DNA of 12,469 nt from Octopus sinensis (Eukaryota): positions 1-12,469 of the forward strand of contig NW_021828203.1 of assembly GCF_006345805.1 (NCBI RefSeq). Reading direction: 5' to 3'. The notes beneath the pieces were generated by a model. That model ran no database searches. It saw only the letters and a program-made list of their open reading frames with translations, and had not been told where the DNA came from. Below, one piece after another: positions 1-7,290 of the stretch (the first letter of the stretch is position 1; every line of letters starts with the position of its first letter). A program made the position numbers and the translations under genes.

Positions 1-223
1 ACAACATTAAGAATAACATTAACTACACGAAAAACATAAACAGGATTAACAAAGAAGTTTTTACGTGGTAACTCAGCTAGCTAGAAATAGAAATGAAATC
101 TATGTCAAATCAAACACCACCATCTTATATAACGAAATTAGTTCACGTACTTCAACTTACCTGTAACAGGTGGTAAATGTCACGACTGGAAAGCTTTTTT
201 GTTACTTATTCTATTATTCTTTA

Positions 224-432
224 ATTTTTTTACCTGTTTAAGCCATTTGACTACAGTCATGCTGGAGAACCGCCTTGACCGGTTTTAGTCGAACAAATCT
301 TCCCCTGGATCAATTTTTTGTAAGCCTAGTACTTATTTTATCGGTCTCTTTTGCCGAACTGCTATGTTACAGGGACGTAAACACAACAACACTTGTTAGC
401 AGGCGGGGACAAACGCAGGCACAAAGACACAC
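224..432 (-). mobile_element. 3' half of tRNA-derived SINE (family A)
   Basis: Reverse complement aligns with 1041-1260 and ~5705-5888 (shared blocks GCAAAAGAGACCGAT, TAAGTACTAGGCTTACAAA, CTCCAGCATG). It carries an extra ~10 nt near 286-295 relative to those copies. Confidence 0.85.
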
Positions 433-439
433 ACAGATA

Positions 440-584
440 TAGACATACATATATAAATACATACATACACACACATACATACATGCATACCTACCTACCT
501 ACCTACCTACCTACCTACCTACCTACCTACCTACATACCATACATACATACATACATACATACATACATACATACATACATACA
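440..584. repeat. Compound microsatellite (TACA)n/(TACC)n
   Basis: Direct reading of the tandem tetramers. Confidence 0.95.
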
Positions 585-679
585 AACTGTTAATAAAAGT
601 CGGGATGTTTGATAACTGATTAAGATTTAGGGTCCTGATGTCTGTCCTACCTGTACGTTTTGTTGTATTTAATGTATTT

Positions 680-699
680 CACACACACACACACACTCA

Positions 700-737
<38 letters not shown>

Positions 738-752
738 CACACACATACGCAC
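680..752. repeat. (CA)n microsatellite, interrupted
   Basis: Direct reading. Confidence 0.95.
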
Positions 753-784
753 ATATACTGTATTCAAAAGCAGCAGAAATATCA

Positions 785-834
785 CAAAAACTGTTACTCA
801 GAGTTTCATGTTCCCGTTCATAGGACAGTTTTGT
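785..834 (-). ncRNA. Minimal type I hammerhead ribozyme fold (HHR-A), degenerate core; probably a Penelope-like element remnant
   Basis: Minus strand: stem I AAAACUGU (832-825) / ACAGUUUU (794-787), 8 perfect bp; core CCUAUGA (824-818; canonical CUGANGA); stem II ACG-GGAA-CAU; GAAA (807-804); stem III ACUC-U-GAGU; cleavage triplet GUA (797-795). Confidence 0.7.
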
Positions 835-937
835 TAGAATGGAAAAGAAATGACGATATAATGAAATATTACTCTACCTCTGGTATTCGAGTACTCTTTT
901 TTTCCACTTCATTTCACATTTATGTGCTTACTCCGGG

Positions 938-972
<35 letters not shown>

Positions 973-1040
973 TAGATATATATATATATATATATATATA
1001 AATATAGTGTGTGTGTGTGTGGTGTTGTGTGTGTGTGTGC
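938..1040. repeat. (TA)n followed by (TG)n microsatellite
   Basis: Direct reading. Confidence 0.95.
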
Positions 1041-1262
1041 ATGTTTGTCTGTCTGCTCCTATAGCCCCACCTAACATCACTTGACAACCGATGCCTGGTG
1101 TGTTTAATCCCGTAATTTAGCGATTCTGCAAAAGAGACCGATAGAATAAGTACTATGCTTACAAAGAATAAGTCCTGAGGTCGATTTGCTCGACTAAAGG
1201 CGGTGCTCCAGCATGGCCACAGTCAAATGACTGAAACAAGTAAATGAAAAAAAACAAAAAAG
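1041..1262 (+). mobile_element. 3' half of tRNA-derived SINE (family A) with A-rich tail
   Basis: High similarity to ~5705-5888 (CTTGACAACCGATG...CTCCAGCATGGCCACAGTCA...TGACTGAAA), followed by an A-rich tail at ~1245-1265. Confidence 0.9.
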
Positions 1263-1321
1263 AAATATATATATAAATATAAATATATCTGTAAATTAAT
1301 ATGTTACCATTATTCTATAGT

Positions 1322-1388
1322 CAAGATAAAACTCTGAGTTTCAGATGCCGAAGTGGAAATCCACAACACCGTCTCTTCGGTTATCTGG
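1322..1388 (-). ncRNA. Minimal type I hammerhead ribozyme fold (HHR-B) with long stem II; probably a Penelope-like element remnant
   Basis: Minus strand: stem I CCAGAUAA (1388-1381) / UUAUCUUG (1329-1322), 7 of 8 bp; core CCGAAGA (1380-1374); stem II GACGG...GCAUCU capped by GUGG-AUUU-CCAC; GAAA (1342-1339); stem III ACUC-A-GAGU; triplet GUU (1332-1330). Confidence 0.7.
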
Positions 1389-1750
1389 CCATCTGAAAAA
1401 CGCTATGAAAAAATACCGTTATATAAAGGGAAATGACTGTGTTATAATTCCGCTACTTATATAAATTAAGATTAAAAGTTCATAGTAAACACGTAAACAT
1501 GGCTACTCATACGCTCACATGTGCGCTCGCGGACCCACGTGCTTACGTATACGTCACTATGAAAACGTACACATCTTCACTCGCATTTTTCGCCAAATGT
1601 ATACGCATATATATATATACAAACTCATACACACACACGCGTACAGGAAAAGTTCATACATACGTCTATATACGCGTGTGTGTGTATGAGATTATATATA
1701 TATAAATATAAATATATATATATACACACACACTTTCACGCATACATACA

Positions 1751-1915
1751 GACTACGGGCGACTTTCAGTTTCTGTCTACCAAATTCACTCACAAGGATT
1801 TGGTCGGTCCGAGGCTATAGCAGAAGATATTTGCCCAAGCTGCCGGGATTGGGACTGAAGCTGGTACCATGCGTTTGTGAAGCAAGCTTCTTACAATACC
1901 CCCACGCCTGAGCCT
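1751..1915 (-). mobile_element. 5' half (tRNA-like head plus central domain) of SINE family A
   Basis: Reverse complement aligns with 5515-5680: GCTTGCTT, degenerate box B (TTCAGTCCCA), TTGGGCA, CTATAGCCTCGG, CTTGTGAGTG, TGGTAGAC, GAAACTGAAAG. Confidence 0.85.
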
Positions 1916-2224
1916 ATGTACACTTACTTCACAGTATATCGTCGTTTATGTCGACCGCAGTATACAAACCATTTCCACCGGCAAATACTTTCAACACAAG
2001 CGAATCAAGGACGGTTTTTCTAAGTGGAATTGCAGCCTGCAAGAAATAGCAGTTAAATTTTCTTTAACTTAGAGCCAATCTGTGAAAATAAGTGGAAATT
2101 TTACCGATGAGTGTGTTAAATAATAAGGCACTAAAAGAGAATGACTCTCCTCAGACACAACAGAATATGCTTCAACACACGAACTCATATAAAGAATCTT
2201 GCAAACCAAATCCCAAAACGAAAT

Positions 2225-2255
2225 GTATATGTATATATTTATATATATACATACT

Positions 2256-2299
<44 letters not shown>

Positions 2300-2300
2300 G
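2225..2300. repeat. (TA)n/(CA)n microsatellite
   Basis: Direct reading. Confidence 0.9.
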
Positions 2301-2659
2301 AGTTTTGTGTGCGTATGCATGTGTCTGTAACATTTAACAATGATCAATATTCAATCGGATATTTTGTTATGAATACAACTCTACATTTGATTCTTTTTTT
2401 TATTTCCATGTCTGCATATTTTGGGGATTTTGCGCTTCTGTGCGTTTTAATGTGTGTGCGCGCGTGTGTGTTTGTCCATGTGTACGTGAGATTTTGCGTG
2501 CGTATGTTTATATAATAGTGTGTTTGTGTAAAAGCTATTTATGGTGTTTGTTTTATATATTTAATTAGTAATAAACGTTTATACTGATGCTTCGAATTAT
2601 TCAACCCAGCAGAAGCAGCGACGCGAATTCAAAATTTAGCGCCATATAAATTTCTAAAT

Positions 2660-2930
2660 TCTCACACACACTCGCACTCTCATACAGACAGACAGATAGA
2701 CACACGCACACACGCGCACACACACAAGCACGTTCGCACTCATATCAAAGATAATGAGAGAGTAAGAGAGGAAGAAATGCAAGTACACGTAATTTATATA
2801 TATACATATACGCATACATATACAGATATATATGTGTCGGTATCTATATTTATATATGCATACAGATTTATATATACGTAAGGACATGTATACACACACG
2901 CATATATATATATATATACATATAAATACA
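2660..2930. repeat. Degenerate CA/TA microsatellite field
   Basis: Direct reading. Confidence 0.85.
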
Positions 2931-2934
2931 AAAT

Positions 2935-3270
2935 AGGACAGAAGACGATACAAAAAACACGGACGGGTCATTCGAAGCCTTTAATCTTCAGTCAAGAACC
3001 GGATCATCCTCGCAATTTCGGCTGATTACTCTTGAGATTGCTCCAATGTGGCCGGCCCCAAGGAAAAAATAAGCTAAGAACATTAGATTCCTTGGAAAAA
3101 AGCTTCGAATGTATATGAAACAAGGAAGGAAAAGGGACAATGTTACACGAATATAAATACAAAAATAATACAAAATAATAGTAACAGGACATCACAACAA
3201 GCGTCTTTCGACTGGAGACGAATTGAATTCAGCTGGCGTGTTAGGAATTAAGCCTTACGGCAGAGGAAAA
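2935..3270. mobile_element. Probable interspersed repeat fragment, unclassified (possibly Penelope-like)
   Basis: Complex sequence starting abruptly after a TA array, with local hairpins (GCAATTTC...GAGATTGC at 3012-3041; CGTCT...AGACG at 3202-3220). There is no second copy in the window, so the call rests on resemblance only. Confidence 0.3.
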
Positions 3271-3281
3271 AGGTCGAAATG

Positions 3282-3338
3282 TTGCTTCCCAGTCACACGG
3301 TTCCGGGTTCAGTCCCTCTGCAAGGCACCTTGGGCAAG
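3282..3338 (+). mobile_element. Fragment of SINE family A head (box B region)
   Basis: TTGCTTCCCAGTCACACGGTTCCGGGTTCAGTCCCTCTGCAAGGCACCTTGGGCAAG aligns with ~5545-5599. Confidence 0.8.
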
Positions 3339-3487
3339 CGGGAATTGCTACTCAACATGAAGAAAATTTTAAGTGGGCCCCAGCTGCAAGGTGATGTGTT
3401 GTTTATCTTGATATAATATCGCCATATTGCGCACATATGATTGTGATGCATGTGCCAGGTGTACCCTAATCAATACTCTCACAATTC
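3337..3487 (+). mobile_element. 3' fragment of family X repeat, internally deleted
   Basis: 3384-3472 aligns with ~5066-5155 (CTGCAAG...CTTGATAT...TTGCGCACATATG...GATGCATGTGCC.GGTGTA.CCT.ATCA). It ends in CTCTCAC plus (AAT)n, like the full copy. Confidence 0.8.
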
Positions 3488-3522
3488 ATAATAATAATAA
3501 TAATAATGATAATAATAATAAT

Positions 3523-3592
<70 letters not shown>

Positions 3593-3800
3593 TTAATAAT
3601 AATAATAATAATAATTAGAAGAAGAACTAGAAGAAGAAGAACTAGAAGAAGAAGAAGAAGAAGAAGAAGAAGAAGAAGAAGAAGAACTAGAAGAAGAAGA
3701 AGAAGAAGAAGAAGAAGAAGAAGAAGAAGAAGAAGAAGAAGAAGAAGATAAGAAGAAGAAGAAGAAGAAGAAGAAAAAGTAGAAGAAGAAGAAGAAGAAA
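3488..3800. repeat. Compound trinucleotide array (AAT)n-(AAC)n-(AAT)n-(GAA)n
   Basis: Direct reading. The GAA block (~3618-3800) has recurring GAACTA interruptions. Confidence 0.97.
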
Positions 3801-3801
3801 T

Positions 3802-4127
3802 TGGAACTTCCCAATACAAACAGGCAAAAAAATTGACTACAATCGCTCGGATATTGTAATCAAGGGCTACAACAGAGTAACTTGTCTATTAATATATATG
3901 TCAGTCCCACAAGATCAAAATGTCCCAAGAAAAGATTACGAAAAGCTACCTCACTAAAAAGTTCTGCAAACTGAAATAAAAAAAGAGAAAAATGGAAGCT
4001 AAGTACTACGATAATAGCAGTAGTGATTGCTGCGTTAGGAATCATAAAGAAGGGAGATGATAAGTATATTAAGTAACTCTCTGGTAACTCCAATCTCCGT
4101 GAACTACAAAAGATAACCTTGATGGGT
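3802..4127 (+). pseudogene. Decayed RLE endonuclease domain of an R4/Dong-like non-LTR retrotransposon (copy 1; not in the ORF track)
   Basis: Manual translation: WNFPIQTGKKIDYNRSDIVIKGYNRVTCLLIYMSVPQDQNVPRKDYEKLPH*KVLQTEI / frameshift in the A-run ~3977-3992 / WKLSTTIIAVVIAALGIIKKGDDKYIK*LSGNSNLRELQKITLMG. Collinear with copy 2; stops at 3955-3957 and 4074-4076. Confidence 0.8.
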
Positions 4128-4128
4128 T

Positions 4129-4595
4129 AAAGCAACCATACTCTGGGATATGCCGATACACACAGATAGAGAAATTAAGGCCAACAGACCAGATATAGTT
4201 GTCAGAGATCATGAAGAAAAAACATGCTTTCTAATTGATGTATCAATACCGGCAGATGACAACGTGTCTCTAAAAGAAATGGAGAAACTTTCAAAATACA
4301 AAGACCTGGAAATAGAGGTCACCAGAATGTGGAATCTAAAAACAGCAACAATTTCTATCATAGTAGGTGCATTAGGCATGATGAAAAAATATTCAGAAAA
4401 ATACATAACAAAAACACCAGGACTTACAAACACATATAACATATAGAAAATTGCACTACTAGGAACTGCACACATCCTACGCAGAACACTTTCCATACAA
4501 TAACCATCAGAGCATCACAACAAATCACAGCACTTACCCAAGGCACACAGAGCTGCGCTCGGTAGTGAAGTGAAAGCACACTATAAAAAAAACTA

Positions 4596-4598
<3 letters not shown>
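4129..4598 (+). mobile_element. 5'-truncated R4/Dong-like non-LTR retrotransposon 3' end: RLE domain (4129-4503, premature TAG at 4444-4446) plus 3' UTR (copy 2)
   Basis: KATILWDMPIHTDREIKANRPDIVV...LIDVSIPADDN...KEMEKLSKYKDLEIE...IIVGALG...*KIALLGTAHILRRTLSIQ*. It has the PD..D and K..KY..L motifs of RLE domains in an R4-clade-like context, then a ~95-nt UTR and an (AAT)n tail. Dong elements are known to target (TAA)n. Confidence 0.88.
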
Positions 4599-4666
<68 letters not shown>

Positions 4667-4692
4667 CAACAACAACAACAACAACAGCAATA
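4599..4692. repeat. (AAT)n-(AAC)n array (tail or target site)
   Basis: Direct reading. Confidence 0.97.
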
Positions 4693-5252
4693 ATGCCTTG
4701 AAGCAATACTAAGTAATGGCTCTCATGGCTTCTGATCTTAACTGATTGGAAGTGTTATCATGTATATGTTTTGTCTTGCTATAAAAGATGGGCTACAGCT
4801 AATATTCTGCTCACTACCACAGATTTGCCTGCCATTTGTTTGTCCCTGACTAGCTGAGCGTGTCCCTTATTGGCTGACAATATTTGCTTATCTGATCACG
4901 AACAGAAATAATGGAGGTGCATCATAGCCATGTGTCAAGAGGAATTCTATAAGATTCGAATAATTCACATCTGGAAACATGAGTGTTTCGTTCAACATCC
5001 TCAAACGAGCCTTTTTCAGGAATCTTTTGAGCGGGATGACCTAAAATCTTCTATCTGTGCTCTACCTGCAAGATCATGCACTGTTTTTTCTTGATATGAA
5101 ATCACTATGTTGCGCACATATGTATTTGATGCATGTGCCTGGTGTATCCTTATCAGATGGGTAGTCATGGTGGGTATATAGGGTTTCGTATATATTACCC
5201 TAGTGTCACTTTTATGGCATGCTCTTCTCTCCCACTCAATGCTAATAATAAT
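4690..5252 (+). mobile_element. Family X: ~560-bp non-coding interspersed repeat bounded by AAT repeats
   Basis: Its distal part recurs at 3337-3487 and its 3' end recurs inverted at 5281-5327. No ORF or recognisable protein motif. Ends in CACTCAAT plus (AAT)n. Confidence 0.7.
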
Positions 5253-5270
5253 ATCATAGTTGCTATTGAC

Positions 5271-5443
5271 ATTATTATTATTGAGTGACTCTCGGGTACA
5301 AATATACGAAGCCCAATATACCCATCAAAATCAGGTATTATTACCCTGACAAGGTAGGAAAAGATGTCGACAAAGAGACATGGAAGTCGAACCAATATCC
5401 CCGAAGACACCGGCTGAGTGCCTTACCATTAGGCTAAACTGCC
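5271..5443 (-). mobile_element. Short tRNA-headed SINE (family B) with a family X-type 3' end and (AAT)n tail
   Basis: Minus strand starts GGCAGTTTAGCCTAATGGTAAGGC (box A TAGCCTAATGG at 5436-5426; D-arm GCCT/AGGC). Box B GGTTCGACTTCC is at 5393-5382, followed by a ~55-nt body, a 44-nt X-homologous end and (AAT)4. No intact anticodon arm, so it is not a tRNA gene. Confidence 0.8.
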
Positions 5444-5514
5444 CCCTGACAACTATCTCCGACGATTTTTAGCGCTACATAGGATTAATTTCAAGAATAT
5501 TTATTAAAAAATAC

Positions 5515-5888
5515 GCGCGCATTGGTGGCTGTGCGGTAAGTAGCTTGCTTACAAACGACATGTTCCGGGTTCAGTCCCACTGTGAAACAGCTTGGGCACG
5601 TGTCTACTACTATAGCCTCGGGCCGACCAAAGCCTTGTGAGTGGATATGGTAGACGGAAACTGAAAGAAGCCCGTCGTATACATATGTGTGTGTGTATGT
5701 GTGTGTGTCTGTTTGTTCCCTCACTATCGCTTGACAACCGATGTTGGTCTGTTTACGTTCCTGTAATTTAGCAGTTCGGTAAAAGAGACCGAGAGGATAA
5801 GTATTAGATTACAAAGAATAAATCCTGGGGTCGATTTTCTGGACTAAAGGTGGTGCTCCAGCATGGCCACAGTCACATGACTGAAATA
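5515..5888 (+). mobile_element. Full-length tRNA-derived SINE (family A) with internal (TG)n microsatellite; possibly CORE-type
   Basis: Box A-like TGGCTGTGCGG (5526-5536), box B GGTTCAGTCCC (5568-5578), central domain, internal TG/TA tract (~5678-5710) and a 3' half matching the other copies. The CCTTGGGCAAG motif in the 3282-3338 copy resembles the start of the MIR CORE domain; the similarity is short. Confidence 0.9.
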
Positions 5889-6164
5889 ATTTATGTAGCT
5901 CTCTACATATTATTTACGTTACGCAAGCTATACAGAATTCAATTTTTTTAAAATTTTTACTCCTTCCGTTTTTATCATATTATTAGATGATATTAAAAAA
6001 TGGACTCAATACATTTTGAGTGTACACTGTATTTATTTTATTGACAACAGTATCTTATGGGCTGCAGACGTTCGTTTCGCTCTTTCCATTGTTCAATCTC
6101 TGAAGCACAATGTAAATAATGAATGGAGCCTGCATGATACGGGACACAATAATACATCCAAACA

Positions 6165-6417
6165 AACAAACATACACACATATATACATACATGCATGCA
6201 TACATACATACAAGCGTACATACATACATATAAACATATATGCATGCGTACATACATACATATGTACGTACTTACATACATAAATATACATACATGTACT
6301 TACATATGTATGTATTATGTATTAATGCTTCTGTGTATATATTTATGTGCTTATAAACATTTACATACATACATACATGTATATATATATGTATGTATGT
6401 ATATATATATGTATATG

Positions 6418-6462
<45 letters not shown>

Positions 6463-6530
6463 CATATATGTGGTAATATCTGTGTGTATGCATGTATTCG
6501 TGCATTTATATATGTATGCTTGCATATAGA
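6165..6530. repeat. (TACA)n/(TATG)n/(TA)n microsatellite field
   Basis: Direct reading. Confidence 0.9.
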
Positions 6531-6612
6531 TAGACAGAGAGAAGGAGAGAGCGTGAGAAACAGAGAGAGTGAGAGAGAGAGAGAGAGTGAGAAAGAGGCA
6601 GAGAGAGATAAA
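6530..6612. repeat. (GA)n-rich tract
   Basis: Direct reading. Confidence 0.9.
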
Positions 6613-6819
6613 GGTATACAAAATTGTATTCAAACTCATACAGGAGTACGTAAGAAAGAATTAAAGACAATTCTATTATAATCTATGGCATTTACTCTTT
6701 TGTTACAGTTTTACTCGTTATGTATTTCTATCTCTTTAATTTTTCTGTATCGCATTCGCTCTTACGTACTGAAAACGTACGAGAACACATAGAAATGAAC
6801 GCATACACAATATTTGACT

Positions 6820-6899
6820 CTTCATCTTTCCTCTTCTCTCTCTCTCTCTCTCTCTCTTACTTTCACTTTCACACATACTCACGCCAGCCATATCACCCT

Positions 6900-6946
<47 letters not shown>

Positions 6947-7290
6947 CTCTCCCTGCTTCTCTAATTCTCCAGTATCTGTTTATGATTCACATATTTGCTC
7001 ACTCCTCCAATATCTTTCTCATACAAGCTCATTCACTCATTCTCTCTCTGTCTTTCTTTCTCCCTCTCTATCTCTGTCTCTCTTTCTCTCCAATAGACTA
7101 ACACTTCCATCATTTCTCTCTCAGTTATTCCCAATCACACACATACTCTCTCTCTTTCTCTCTTTCATTCTTTCTTTCTCTCTCTCTCTCTCTCTCTCTC
7201 GTTTTGTACAAGTCTCTTTCTCACTCACTCATTCACTCTCTCTCTCTCGGTATTTCTTTCTCCCTCTCATTCTTTTTCTCTTTCGCTTTG
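6820..7290. repeat. (CT)n-rich polypyrimidine field
   Basis: Perfect (CT)n blocks at ~6835-6857, ~6903-6943 and ~7177-7200 within a pyrimidine-skewed ~470 bp. Confidence 0.9.

Noticed and set aside
2960-3045. Functional hammerhead from CTGAAGA...GAA on the minus strand
   Set aside because: No stem I partner, stem II does not close at the right register, and GAAT replaces GAAA.
4150-4446. Intact domesticated endonuclease gene
   Set aside because: The Met is internal to the domain, a premature TAG precedes the conserved LLGTAHILRR end, and the retroelement UTR and tail are retained.
5382-5443. Bona fide tRNA gene
   Set aside because: Boxes A and B and the D-arm are present, but the anticodon and acceptor stems do not pair, and the sequence continues into a retroposon tail.
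5253-5460. Target-site duplication around SINE B
   Set aside because: Only a 4-nt direct match (TGAC) and a 7-nt inverted match (ATAGTTG/CAACTAT), both compatible with chance.
5958-5972. TACTCCTTCCGTTTT resembling a Stowaway/Tc1 terminal inverted repeat
   Set aside because: No matching inverted partner found in the window.
6691-6708. Plus-strand splice acceptor TTTACTCTTTTGTTACAG
   Set aside because: No plausible exon or donor follows, and it also resembles a decayed antisense SINE tail.
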